Notes under the pieces: generated by a model
Told to the model about the DNA's origin: nothing
Database searches by the model: none
What the model saw: only the letters and a program-made list of their open reading frames with translations
Part shown: positions 14,560-26,849 of the stretch, in pieces
How the letters are laid out: each line of letters begins with the position of its first letter
How positions within the stretch are numbered: the first letter of the stretch is position 1
Translations under genes and position numbers: made by a program
Source: Amphiscolops sp. MND2022
Lineage: Eukaryota
Direction: 5' to 3'
DNA length: 64,000 bases
Assembly (NCBI GenBank): GCA_964187785.1
Contig: OZ076409.1
Coordinates: 49,912,001-49,976,000 of the forward strand

Positions 14560-14801
14560 GAATTAGCTAACAAAAATCGACGGACGTCAGCAAAACGCTG
14601 ACAAACAAGATTAAACGGAATAATACAATCCTATAACCATAATATGGAAGTTAGCTAACATTAATAAAACTGACGTCATCAAAACGGTGACAAACAAATC
14701 AAACTTAGCTATACATCAATATTGACTTCATCAAAACGATGACAAATAAAATAAACGTTGGCTGAACATTAACGAAATTGACGTCAGCAAAACGTTGACA
14801 A
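14560..14801. promoter_or_regulatory. Four copies of TGACGTCAGCAAAACGNTGACAA (CRE-like), putative internal promoter/enhancer
   Basis: Copies at ~14583, 14671, 14723 and 14779 lie between divergent ORFs; CCAAT at ~14903. Confidence 0.55.
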
Positions 14802-15044
14802 CTTTGGTCAAGCGGATTATTAATTTCGCGGCCGATAAAAACGCGACGCTGGCATAACGTCAACACCTGTTTAGGAATGAAAAGGATTAAAAAGATTGTT
14901 AACCAATCAAAGTAAAGAGATTTGTCCCAATAACACCGTTAATCCTAGTTAATCCTAAATTCATTGTCAAACAACAAGCAGTGAAAATCAGCAGCCCAAC
15001 AATCTACAACAGTCACAAATAAAGATGAGCATCTATAAAGGAAC

Positions 15045-15587
15045 ATGAACTGGTCGCTGGTCGACAGTTCGTCGAGTGATGAAGAAGGGATCCTGGAAAG
15101 AGCTGCGTCCACCCCTCTCGCGAGACTCGAAGTTCCAAACTATCGGGTAGTGTTGGAAATTCCTCACTCCCCTGCTGAAGTTACAGTAGGAGAAGAAGAA
15201 TACTTCGATTTGTTATTGGAATCTCTCGTATCAGACTGCAAGCGAATGAAATTGAGCCTGGGCTATGAATCTATCAGATCAGAAAAAATCACTGATGCGG
15301 AAGGAACGTCGGAAGATTTGCATCAAGAAGAACCCACAGAAAGTCCTGAAAGCCCTGACGAAAGCCTGAATTCAGAGATATTCGTAGTGGAGGGGCACCA
15401 AACTCCGGAAGGATCTGTGTCGAGCAGCCAAGTACTACAATATTTGGAACAAGTGGCTCAGGAAGATTCAAATTCGTGCTTCGTCACTCCACCAGGCCCG
15501 TTAAAGAAAGCGTACTTACAAAATTCGAGTCCCCTAAACGATCTGGAAAAACAAAGAGTCCTATCAAAAACACCACTGCCAGCGTGA
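15045..15587 (+). CDS. Acidic, Ser-rich orphan ORF inside element B, upstream of the PPT
   Basis: 180-aa open frame with ATG, preceded by TATAAA at ~15034. No recognised domain. Confidence 0.45.
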   Translation: MNWSLVDSSSSDEEGILERAASTPLARLEVPNYRVVLEIPHSPAEVTVGEEEYFDLLLESLVSDCKRMKLSLGYESIRSEKITDAEGTSEDLHQEEPTESPESPDESLNSEIFVVEGHQTPEGSVSSSQVLQYLEQVAQEDSNSCFVTPPGPLKKAYLQNSSPLNDLEKQRVLSKTPLPA

Positions 15588-15713
15588 ATGTGCCCCATTT
15601 TCCGTTCCAGCGTGGTCAACTGTAGAGCGGTTCGACCCATGACAGTGGCCCTGTCACAGTCCACTCCCGGACTGCCTTGTGGGTGGAGACGACTAAGAAT
15701 TGGGAGAGACAAT

Positions 15714-16242
15714 TGTTGCGGATCGAGATTCCCAAAATGGTACTTTAATTGTTAGACTCAAAACTTTGATTGAAATAAACTGTGACTAGGAACAAACTTA
15801 CACGTCTATTTGTTGCGCAAACATTGAATGAAAATGAATACTAGAAAACTAAAATAGGCAAAAATGATTTCACGCATTTTCGCTAAGACGTTTACGCCAC
15901 GCTGAAATAGAAACATTCTCCACCTCAAAACTAAATTAAAATGCAAATTCTCAAACTAAGACGTATCAGCAACGGAGCCTCCTAACTCCAGATCCCCCAG
16001 GGTTGAAAATAGTGTCTTAGAAAGTTTGCGAGCTTCTTTGAGAGCGAAAATAACTTCTGAGATTAAAACCCTCCTAATAGAATCTCAGAAGATGATGAAA
16101 CTGCCGAAACACAAAATAGGTGAAAGTGCAAGAGAAAAGGACGAAAACGACCTGGAAAATGAAACTCGTAGTTTTTAGACTCCTACAAAAGCAGTAAGAA
16201 TAAACTCTACGCATAATAACGACCCGAGTACAAGTCGTAACA
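15714..16242 (+). repeat. 3' LTR of element B
   Basis: TGTTGCG...CGTAACA imperfect inverted ends, upstream PPT, AATAAA ~15774, gag-N-like degenerate frame running to the CA end as in LTR A. Confidence 0.6.
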
Positions 16243-16547
16243 CAAAGGTTTACTATTTTCACTGTTATCATTTTTTTCGAATTTTTTGCTGTTTTTGAGA
16301 TGTTCGACTTTGAGACTGCCTTAGATACTGCTTCTTTCTATCAATTCTTTGCTACTATGCAGTTTGTGATACATTTTTACCGGTACACAGTACTTGTAAT
16401 TAACTCAGAGAATATTCAATGTTTTCGCATATTGTTATTTTCCGCTGACATAAATGGGGAGGAAAATCATGATCTGTGTTGCGTTTTTTTTACAAATTCT
16501 GCCAAATCTCCACTTTTATTTACTCCATTTAGTAAAATGATAAACTA

Positions 16548-16620
16548 GTCACCGTGGCACAGTGGGTAGTGCGTCTCCCTTCCAGGTAAGAGGTCATGGG
16601 TTCGAACCCGGGCGGGAGCG
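16548..16620 (+). pseudogene. tRNA-like sequence / tRNA-derived SINE head
   Basis: A box TGGCACAGTGG and B box GGTTCGAACCC at tRNA spacing; acceptor stem pairs poorly. Confidence 0.6.
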
Positions 16621-19269
16621 TTACATTTTTTGTAGCGGAAAATGTCCCGGTGCTTAGCGGGCGCCTTGTTGCTGTTGAAATGTTGGTTGTAATTAATAAG
16701 CAAAGCAGTAAAACAGGGATATATTTCCGGTTTGTCAGCCTGAAGTAAAATCTACTTCCTGTTCGGGAGGAAACAAAAGGACGCCGGAATGAAATGATAT
16801 GATCATGTTTGATGACTAATACCAGATCAGAATTTTGGTGTCCCAAAATTTGACAGTATGTTGACGCAAATTAAGGATCGTGATGATTTTTTCACCGAAA
16901 TAACAGGAAATGGCTAATGGCTCATAAGTATTCAGTGTTTTCGTTTGTAATCAAATGATGCTAGGAGGGTATAAATACGGCGTAGCCCGGAGGTTAAGGG
17001 ACTCAGACTTTTGCTTTGATACAATACAGATGTTCTGAAATTTCTCGTTAACCATGCCTCAGCTCAGTTCAAACGTTCAATCAAGAATCGATTTTTTATA
17101 CTTCTCTTTTTCCCGGCCAACTTGCTCTTTTTGCTTGAATTTTCGCCATATCAAGGAACCTTAAACATGATAAATACCTTAAAATCAAACTAAAGGAGCT
17201 TTTACTATGTGAACTAGTTTTTTAATTCTGAAACTTATTTCCAATATACCTTTTTTTTTACTTTGAAGTCAGTGAGAAACACAATGTCGCTATAACGAAA
17301 CAATCCGAAACGTGATCTTGTATGGCGAAATACAATCGACACGATTCACGATTAAAAAACAGACGTGCTCATGTGTTGTAAGTTGTTTTTCAACTCATCT
17401 TCGCAAAGGTGGAGTGGAATAACATTAACTTTCATTTTAACTTTAACTTGTTTTTAGTCTTGTACACTGCCTTTAATAATTTAACGATAGCGTTTTATTT
17501 GAAAAGGAAATTCAGTGTTTTTTTCTACCTGCAGTATGCGTTCTAGACCAGTAACAAAACCAATAGAGATTACTAGAAAATCTAAAAAAATGAGTCGCAA
17601 ATTTTTTCTTTTTCGGTTGACACAATTACAGGATATATGATATTGGGTGGAGATTCCCATGGAAGCTATAAAGTTTTTACTTACAAATCTGTCGTTTTGT
17701 TTGTAAATGAGAACAATCGAATGTTTCTCCACTTTGATGCTTCTTCAAAACGTAAAACTTGGGTACATCCTCTGATTTGTCTTCTACAAGCTCGCATTGT
17801 TTCATGTTGATTGCCACTCTGGCAAAAGTAACATGCCACAAAGTGTACAAAACGCAGTTTCTCGACAGTCTCTGAAATCAAACCAAGGAAATTTCAGCTG
17901 TAACCATGCATAGCAGAACGTAAAAAGTGAATTTTTTGAATTGAACGAGCAAGGATGCTTGAAAGGAAAGGAATGAAGGGACAAGTCGAGAAAGAGGAGA
18001 AAATAATTGCGTGTTTTTCTGAGTTTTGAACGAACAATCGATACCCAACCCAAGTTCCCAGAAATCCAAAGAAGGACCTCCGAGAGTCGCTTCCATTTGA
18101 AAATATCAAGGAACCTAAACAAGTGATAAATTTTTTGAAAAAAAACATTCTGCCGGAAAACGTAATAAAAACCCAGAACTGTTATAATTGAAAATATGAT
18201 GTCCGACTTTCATATTTCAAATCGTTTTACCATTTATGTGTTTTATCAAAAATGTTATGTTGTATTTATTTTTTTGAGATGGAAAAATCGGCGTTAGTTT
18301 TGGTTGGTTACCACCTTCGAAGCAGCTAATACTTATCAGTTTTGTAGTTTATATTTGTAGTCGCGGACTCACGGTCCAAGCGTTTAAATGGGGAGAACTG
18401 TGCGAGGCAATACTGAGTTATCTCCGTCAGGGAATATGTGAGAGTAGGTGCCATCGCATGCGGGAACCTGCGACACCGTTATTAAATTTTCGAAATCCTA
18501 CACTGTAGTGGACTCTGCATCGTGATCCTACAAGCGTTTCCAATCATTCAATCACGCAATTTCATTTTATGAGTATTTAAAAGTTACCCAGTGTAAAAAC
18601 TCTTGAAACTCTTGCCAAGATCTTGCATATTCTTACATAATCCCGTTTACCCTTGAAAGTCTTGATAAGATCTTGTTTATTCTTGCTTCACACAAACCTC
18701 TTAAAATTCTTGATAGGACTCTTGGTAAGAGTCTTATCAAGAGTGTCAAGAGAATAAATAAAAAAAAGTTGTAAAACAAACAGTAATTTTGTTTACAAAT
18801 ATCTCGCTGTTGTTCGCACTACCAGCTACACAATCATTCTATGAAGTATTGGATATAGGACAACACAAAGCTTTGAATTTCAGAACGTGATAGCTTGGTT
18901 GGTAGCGCGGAAGGTGCCTATTCATACAGCAGAAAATGAAAATTTGGTCCCATACAGCCGATTTCAAATTACTAGCTTTTAGTGCTGTTACAGCCAATAT
19001 GTTGGATTTTGAAATATTTGAAAAGGTTTGCATATTTGTTGTATGTCTCGGTCGTTTCGCTCCCTTCGCCAAGTAGCAACATTCAGGCATGGCCATATGG
19101 CACGTCGCTCCGCTTCGCTTCGCTCCTGCATTCGGGGCACTAGGGGTATGTGAACATAGCTGACTACATTATTACACTTGCGATAAGCAAGTGTTATGGG
19201 AACGTGCGAATTTTTTTTCCGGGTGACAACTCTCTCATTTCAGACCGCAAGTCGCATAATTCAGACTTT

Positions 19270-19490
19270 TTTGGTCTAGTGGTAAGATGCTTGCTTTTCA
19301 ACCCAGAGGGCCTGGGTTCGAACCCGTGCCTATGCACTATTTTTTTTACAAGCTGTGCTGCTTCCAATACTTGCAATTGTTTTGAAACACTTGCTTTTCA
19401 ACCCAGAGGGTCTGGGTTCGAACCCGTGCCTATGCACTAATTTTTTTACAAGCTGTGCTTCTTCCAATACTTGCAATTGTTTTGAAACAC
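19270..19490 (+). repeat. tRNA-derived SINE-like head with ~100 bp tandem partial duplication
   Basis: TGGTCTAGTGG A box; GGTTCGAACCC B box present twice. Confidence 0.6.
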
Positions 19491-19733
19491 ATTTTGTAAA
19501 TGATCAAGTTGAGTTCATGCATTCATGTAACATGTAATGATGTACCTAGCAAGGTTTTATTTTTGAGTGTATGAGGTTTACCTGAAAAACGTTCCGGCAA
19601 ATATTGGTACAAATCAGCCATAATAAAAAGGTTTGTTAGGCTGAAGATTGCAGCAGTTGATGTCGACGACGAAATACAAAATTTCAAGAGTTGAGACATG
19701 GCGTACCAAGACTGTCGAGTCCGAGATTTTAGC

Positions 19734-20543
19734 AAGTTGCATGTAGAAGGGGTGCGAAACTAGCGAGTCCTTCCCGGGCAGGTCGTTCCGGGCCACCCAA
19801 GGTTAAACACATGTAACAAAATATGAAACTGAGTTCACCGAATTAAAAATTTTTTTAGTATAATTATGGTTCATTTTGTTTTTCGTATTTTCACAATGTG
19901 TTTTGGCGGACGTTTTATGTTACATCAAATTATGGATGTTTTCCTATTGCGGAATCATTTGATCCCTAAGATGTCATTTTTTTTGGTCCTCAACTGAGCA
20001 GAGGTTGCTGGCCTTTTTTTCGGTAATTTAGCTTTTCATATAAAGACTGAGGAAACTTTTCAGGTTGTTTCAACATTTTTTTCGAACTCAGTTGATCCAT
20101 TTTTTAATGAAACATTATTCTACCCAAAAATGCCAAATTTAAGTTGCATGTAGAAGGGGTGCGAAACTAGCGAGTCTTTCCCGGGCACGTCGTTCCGGGC
20201 CACCCAAGGTTAAACACATGTAACAAAGTATGAAACTGAGTTCATCGAATTAAAATTTTTTTTAGTATAAATATGGTTCACTTGTTTTTCGTATTTCCAC
20301 AATGTGTTTTGGCGGACATTTTATGTTACATCAGTTTATGGATGTTTTCCTATTGGGAAATGATTTGATCCCTAAGATGTCATTTTTTGGTCCTCAACTG
20401 AGCACATGTTGCTCGCCTTTTTTCGGTAATTCAGCTTTTCATATTAAGACTGAGGAAACTTTTCAGGTTGTTTCAACATTTTTTTCGAACTCAGTTGATC
20501 CATTTTTTAATGAAACATCATTCTATCCAAAAATGCCAAATTT
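19734..20543. repeat. ~407 bp tandem duplication; third partial copy at ~21272-21470
   Basis: Units start AAGTTGCATGTAGAAGGGG at 19734 and 20141. Confidence 0.85.
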
Positions 20544-21695
20544 GAAGCGATCGTCCCAATTTTTAACGGACGCCATTCGTGCTTGAATTCACTCAATACG
20601 ATCTCGAACAGTATCTCTCGATGTTGCTCAGAAGAAAAATTTGTTAAACCTAAAATCTGAGACCGCAAACCGGGTTCGACCTTGCCCTGATCCAGTTTTT
20701 CTTGATTGTCGAACCTGTGTATGGGAAAACCCTGTCCTAGTGGTTAACCTATGCCCAAATTTTTTCCAACCCCTATGCTTTGCCCGTGTGATTTTTCTTC
20801 CGTAGATTCGATGTTAGCAACTCTACTAAATTGAGACTTCGGACGAAAAGTTCGTTGCCTATTCAATCGAACCTTTCAGTGATGTTTCAACCAATTCACT
20901 CTTCCAAAATAATTTCGAGGAAAGTCTTTCCTTTGCCAACTGATATTCATCGAGTTGTTAACATTAAACGCTAATAGTGTAGTGCTACATGTGTTGTATA
21001 TTTTTCTGCGATAATTTTTTCATCAATCATCAACTCCTTTGGCTTCATCATGAACTATTGTCACTCCCGCCTCGTGTTTTAGTTACTTCTTTTCAACCAG
21101 GTCATTTTTAGCGACCTGAAAATGCCAATTATTCACGAAATAGAATTGCCAAGCCTCACGAAAGCTGAAGTTTTTTCTGAGAATGAACGTTTTCCAATTC
21201 GTTTGCTAGGAAATTTTTCATTAGTTTTTTGCGTTTGTTTTGTGGGGATCTCTTGAGTTTTGCACAGGTTACTGGCCTTTTTTCGGTAATTCAGCTTTTC
21301 ATATTAAGACTGAGGAAACTTTTCAGGTTGTTTCAACATTTTTTTCGAACTCAGTTGATCCATTTTTTAAAGAAACATCATTCTATCCAAAAATGCCAAA
21401 TTTGAAGCGATCGTCCCAATTTTTAACGCACGCCATTTGTGCTTGAATTCACTCAAACCGATCTCGAACAGCATTTCCCGGTTTCAGCGTTTGTTTGTTG
21501 TCACTAAGCTATATCGTTCAGCAATAGAAACATGTATGTCTCCTCAGGTAATTTTGCTGGGTTAAATTAGGTATGCTGATAGGCTGCAGTTATCTACCGT
21601 TTTTTGGAATGTTCCCGAGCTTTTTGTAAGCTTCGTAATGCATGATCCGACTCACTCGAATGTTCAATTCAATCATCTCATCTTTTTCAGACAAA

Positions 21696-22416
21696 ATGAA
21701 AACATCTTCTACCTTGCAACCCATGTCTGATGACCAGAGGTTTCTGAGCATCAAAATGCAGTCCAATATTATGTCGTCCTATCGTAACAAGAATGAGGCG
21801 AAGGAGTTTTTCATCCAGCAGATTCAGTCTATGGGATTTACTGGATTTAAAGTTCAGGTCACAAACTACCGATTCCTCATTCTTCACGTCAATTGCGACA
21901 ACTCTGAGGTTTTTGTTTTTTAGTGTTAAAAATATGTTCAAAGATGAAAAGTAAAATTTTTAATGCTGTACGTTACATCGATTCTCCATTTGCGGAGTAC
22001 GTTTTTTCTGCTTTGATCCTGATTCAGCATCTGCATTTCACGCCACATTTGATGCCTCTAGTGTAAAAATATTTTGTTCTTTGAAGTCTAATCTACTTTT
22101 TTAACAGACTGCATCGGCCCTCTTCAGAGCTTTGAAGTTGAAGAATTTCATCCACAGTCAAAAAATTGTTCTTACACCGGCGAATTTGCAACTCCGGAAC
22201 CCCATCTTTCGAGACGGTATCCAAAGAAAACACAACGCCTATCGCGATAGAAGTGACAGACTACATGCAAGCAATGTATACAGCGCACAGGAAGCGAAGA
22301 AAAAGAAATCCGAGAAAGCGGCTTTCCAACAGAATGCTACAACTCGTTGCCTGCCGCTAAAAATTCGACAGTCCTTGAAAAAAAAAGCTGATAAGCATCC
22401 GTCCGAGAGGGAGTGA
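21696..22416 (+). CDS. Two-exon orphan ORF upstream of the RPA-like gene (possibly RRM-like with a basic tail)
   Basis: Donor ~21909 and acceptor ~22107 join ..NCDNSE to TASALFRALKLK.. in frame. Confidence 0.35.
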
Positions 22417-23063
22417 ATGTTTCAAGGTTCTCTTTCCTTAGACTTCTGGATATTTTGATTGATTTGACTTTTGATTTTGTTATTTTAAGATTGATTTTGC
22501 ACTTTTAGTTCGTTCAGTCATGGTTTTTTCTGCTTGGCACAAAGATTTTACTTTGTTTTCGGAGTTTCCAGAATCTTCTGAGAATTTTTGACATTGATTT
22601 TATTTTTCATTTGAAGTTTTATTTATTGTTTTTAGTTTCTTAGGTTATGTTTTTTCTGGCAAACCGTTTTTATTCGAGTGAATTCACCTGTACTCCGATC
22701 CTGTTTTCTCCAGAAAGGTGCTCATGAGTTCAATATTCGTCTCTGTCGAAGTATTAATTTTAAATTCTGGCGTTTTTTCTGGTGCTTCTGCATCTACAGG
22801 TTTGAGAATATTTGTAACTAAATTTAGTAATTTTTTGAATCATAGTGACTACGAACGAGCGAGCTACGATTGGTTGCATTGGTTGATGGAAGTCTTAGTT
22901 ATTCTTTATATTTCAAAAAATGCGCGTGTTATTTGTCCTGTATCCAAGTTTTCTCAATGTTTTGAATGACCTACTTTTTAACTTTTCTTTGAAATACCTC
23001 AAACTGTGACGAAAAAATGAGTAATATCTTCTTTAACTCTGCTTTTATGAAATTGCTTTTTAG

Positions 23064-24255
23064 ATGCGCATGGCTTCTCCGTACAAAAAACTCAACACTG
23101 AGGTTCTGTTCCATGATGGCTTTGTTAGCAAAACAGCCAACGGCCACCTTTTCCGTTTCTGCTTTTCAACCGCTGACAGGTGTGTCGATGGATCTTGTTT
23201 CGACAAAGGACAGCATAACCTTTATAAGAAATTTGCTGATGAGAAGACTTTTGTTACTCTGCAATCACGTGTTGGTTTGGACGAGGAAAAGCGGATCGTA
23301 AGCCTAACCTCACTGAGCAACAAACCACCTGTTGTGTGTGATAAAGAAGCACCGGATACAATCATCTGTCAGAATTATCCACTGAAAACGTTGGTTTTTG
23401 TGTCCGACGAGAGCCTCAAATGTATAATTACAATTGTGGCAAAAATTGTCCAGAAACGTGAAAGCGACTTTTCCTACTCCTTAAAGAAGTCCTTGGATGT
23501 ATATGAGCTAACAGATGATACGAGCACGGGCGTAATGAAAATCTGGGAACCACGCTTTGATCTACTCGTTGGTGCCATTTACGAAATTCGTGGCACTGTT
23601 AAGGCATTCAAAAACGAAGTCTATCTCGAGGTTGTTTTCATATTTTACACTTGGAATGAGGTTTGAACTTCAAATAAGTTTGTTACTTTTATTCTCTTCA
23701 GGTGGCTCAGTACCCCTCCAACCTGATTATGCTTGAGGATGCGCCCGCGTGCTCAGGCGGAGTCACCAACCAACCGGATTTGACATTCGCTTTGAAAAAT
23801 AAAGCTGTGGCGAGTGTTTAAGTTAGTAATTCCGGCTGGGTTTGATTTTTTTACATAATGCCTGAGTGGTTTTCTTTCTTCAGGTAACCAAAACATTCAA
23901 AACTCAGCTTTGCCTGGTGTGTAGCAAAAACTTCACGCCCTTAGCTGAATCTGCCATTAACAAGAAGTACGTTTCTGTGGAATGCCGTCATTGCCACGCC
24001 AAAGTGAAGGTTCTAAGAAAGGAAGTCCGAATTTTGCGGACAACTTTGGTTGTAGACGATCACGTTCTAGAAGTTGATCTGTCTCTACTTGCGGAATTAT
24101 CAACAGAGAAGGAAGTGAAAGACTTTTTCCTTACACACAAATTTGACTTCAAAGTTCGAGGGAAAAACATTCTGTCGTTGCAGCAAAAAGGACTTGAAAG
24201 CGACTCAGACGCTAGCAAATCTTCCTCGTCCCGTGTCGGCAGTGTCAGTTACTGA
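23064..24255 (+). CDS. RPA70-like OB-fold ssDNA-binding protein with zinc ribbon, spliced
   Basis: OB-like LTDDTSTG..KIWE..GAIYEIRG.VKAF, C-terminal CLVC...CRHC; acceptors at ~23701 and ~23883. Confidence 0.6.
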
Positions 24256-24875
24256 CTCACGAGTTTTCTCAAAATGAATGAAACTAGACAATGATTTACA
24301 AAACTATGCTCTTCACTTACTCGTTTGGTATCGAGCTATTTACTTTGTGTTGTTAGTAATTACTTAATCACTTCTGATACCTTGAATGATTTTTGCTAGT
24401 TTTTTGAATTGTTTGTTCACATCGTTTTGCTCCCTGGCATCATTTCGATGTGAAACAAGTACATGTTCATATTTCTGCCCTTTAGCTTTATGATAAAAAC
24501 ATTCCAGCTGTTTTTAAACGTTTGTCAGCTTTTTAAATGATCTTGATGTTAATTAGCTGGTTAGTGTTTTTCCATTTCTTTCCAGTTTGTCTGTCGAGTC
24601 ATGCAGAATAGATTCTGAAAGAACATTTTTTGATTCTGCTGAGTTTCATAACCGTTTTTCGGTAATGCTGCATAACTTGCTTCGAGTTTTTGTTCTTGTG
24701 CGTTCACATGCTATTCCGAAGGCTGTTATCTACTGGCTCCTTTATAAGTATTACCAAGTCAAACTTCTCAATGTTGCCATTTCTATCAGAGGAATGTTTC
24801 CAACATGTTACTTGAATGCAATTGCAAAAATAAGTCAATGTTTTTTCAGAAGTGAAAGATGTTTGGTAATCAAAG

Positions 24876-26849
24876 ATGGTTTCAACTAATACCTCGAAAC
24901 AACTGCAATTCAGAGGATTGACCAACGTGGACAATATTTGCTACTTGAATTCAATTTTGCAGTCGCTGTTTGCTTCAAAAGTTTTCCGAGAATATTTATT
25001 GGGTTTTACAAACCGTGGCTCTGCTCATTCATGCTTGAGGCGAATTTTCCAAACATACACGAGCTGCCGAGGTCCTGTTTGCGAATTGAGAGATTTGAAA
25101 ATAAAGCTACTGAATCTTTTGAACCAGCTCTCTGATGCCACCGTTTTTCATGTGGGCGCTCAACAAGATGCACACGAAGTCTTGACGTCCTTGTTGCATT
25201 GTTTGGAGCACGAAGCTTCTCCGAATGACATTTGGCCCTTCAAGCTCAAACTGATACGAACTTTCCGATGTATGGTTTGCCTTCGACAATGGCAGAAAAC
25301 TGACACTTCAAATTGTTACAATATTGAAGTCCCCAAAAACGGCTCTCATATCGAAGATGTTCTAACTGCCTCCTTCGCAGCAGAAACAATTGACGTGAAA
25401 TGCCATGAAACATCAGCATGTTCCGGTACGAAGGCTGTTGTTACCAGCGAATCATTTCCAAATGCTCTCTTATTTTTAAATCTGAAACGTTATCGTCATA
25501 CTGCTGGAGGTCGTCAGTATTTGAAAGTTTCAATTACAACAGCATTGTCTTTGACGTTCCACAATCGTTATAGTTGGAGAGCAGCCATTGTACATTCAGG
25601 ATCTTTCGATTTCGGTCATTATCATGCAGTTGTGACCGATGATGTCAGTTGTTTTTACCTTAGCGACACAGATATTCGGCAGTCGTCTGTCAGCGAAAGT
25701 AATTTAGCTTACATGCTTTTTTATGAGAAATTTTCTGATGATTCTGTTCATGATCAACTTAGTACCACCGCGACTAATCCTTCGTATCCACCGCTGTTTT
25801 CATCTTCCAAAAAAGCTTCATCAATTGCAGCTAAAGAATTTCCGACGTCTATAACCAGTTCAAAACCATCTACTGAAACTCCAACCACCGAATTCCAAGT
25901 TAAAGGGTTGACGAATACAAATAACATTTGCTATTTGAACTCGATTTTACAATGTCTTTTTGCTTCGAATCTGTTTCGAAGTTACATTTCGAAGTTTACT
26001 AGTTCTGGTGAGACGCATTTATGTTTACGTCAGATTTTTGAGGCCTATGTACACTGCCAGGAGCGCATATGCCAAGTGGGACAATTGAAAATCAATCTCT
26101 TGGGACTTCTTAACAAGAAGTCAAACAACGTTTTTCATTTGGGTGATCACCAAGATGCACATGAAGTGCTGACATTGTTCTTGCATTGTTTGGAGCAAGA
26201 AGTTTCGTCAGATGACCTCTGGCCCTTCAGTCTAAAAGTGGTAAGGTCTTTCCGATGTACCATTTGTCATCGCCAATGGCACCAAACAGAAACCTCAAAT
26301 TGTTACGATGTAGAAGTTCCCAAAAGAGCATCCCACATAAAAAAAAGTTTGGATGCGTCTTTTGGTGCAGAAACCATTGAAGTGGATTGTCACGGGAGAA
26401 CATGTTCCGGAAAGAAGGCTGTTGTCACAGTCGATTTATATCCGAATTCGCTGTTGTTTTTGAATTTGAAACGTTACCGACACACGGCTACCAGTCGTCA
26501 GTATTTGAAAGTTCACATTACACCTGCCTCGTCTTTGAATTTTAACACTCGGTATACTTTACGGGCAGCAATAATACATTCAGGGTCGTTCGACTTCGGT
26601 CATTATCATACAATTCTGGTTGACGGTGTCAGTCTGCAACGTGTGAGTGACACAGATATCAGTGTAACGACAGCCGATGAACTGAAACTAAGCTATATAT
26701 TTTTGTATGAATCAGACGTTTCATCTACAGTGAATGATATCAATTGTCTAAGCTCCTCGCTGACATCAGAAAAATGTCAAACCGTCTCGTCTGTGTCCAC
26801 ACAACTACCAGTACAAACAAAAAAAGAAAACTACCTTCTCATCCTTTGA
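24876..26849 (+). CDS. Tandem ubiquitin-specific protease (peptidase C19/USP) domains
   Basis: Two Cys boxes GLTNxxNICYLNSILQ, two QDAHE motifs, two His boxes HSGSFDFGHY followed by SD. Confidence 0.9.
   Translation: MVSTNTSKQLQFRGLTNVDNICYLNSILQSLFASKVFREYLLGFTNRGSAHSCLRRIFQTYTSCRGPVCELRDLKIKLLNLLNQLSDATVFHVGAQQDAHEVLTSLLHCLEHEASPNDIWPFKLKLIRTFRCMVCLRQWQKTDTSNCYNIEVPKNGSHIEDVLTASFAAETIDVKCHETSACSGTKAVVTSESFPNALLFLNLKRYRHTAGGRQYLKVSITTALSLTFHNRYSWRAAIVHSGSFDFGHYHAVVTDDVSCFYLSDTDIRQSSVSESNLAYMLFYEKFSDDSVHDQLSTTATNPSYPPLFSSSKKASSIAAKEFPTSITSSKPSTETPTTEFQVKGLTNTNNICYLNSILQCLFASNLFRSYISKFTSSGETHLCLRQIFEAYVHCQERICQVGQLKINLLGLLNKKSNNVFHLGDHQDAHEVLTLFLHCLEQEVSSDDLWPFSLKVVRSFRCTICHRQWHQTETSNCYDVEVPKRASHIKKSLDASFGAETIEVDCHGRTCSGKKAVVTVDLYPNSLLFLNLKRYRHTATSRQYLKVHITPASSLNFNTRYTLRAAIIHSGSFDFGHYHTILVDGVSLQRVSDTDISVTTADELKLSYIFLYESDVSSTVNDINCLSSSLTSEKCQTVSSVSTQLPVQTKKENYLLIL

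Larger units (their letters stand above)
10680..16242 (+). mobile_element. 3' portion of Gypsy-type element B (antisense gene, sense ORF, PPT, LTR); pol missing
   Basis: Same antisense gene as elements A and C, purine tract GGGAGAGAC before TGTTGCG, LTR ending CGTAACA with no PBS after it. Confidence 0.6.

Noticed and set aside
10680..16242. A single giant solo LTR containing a gene
   Set aside because: PPT plus TGTTGCG at 15714 defines an ordinary ~530-bp LTR, so the gene is internal.
16548..16620. Functional tRNA-Gly gene
   Set aside because: Acceptor and anticodon stems pair poorly; treated as a SINE head or pseudogene.
17481..21446. Short six-frame ORFs as genes
   Set aside because: They fall in AT-rich repeats and duplications with no recognisable motifs.
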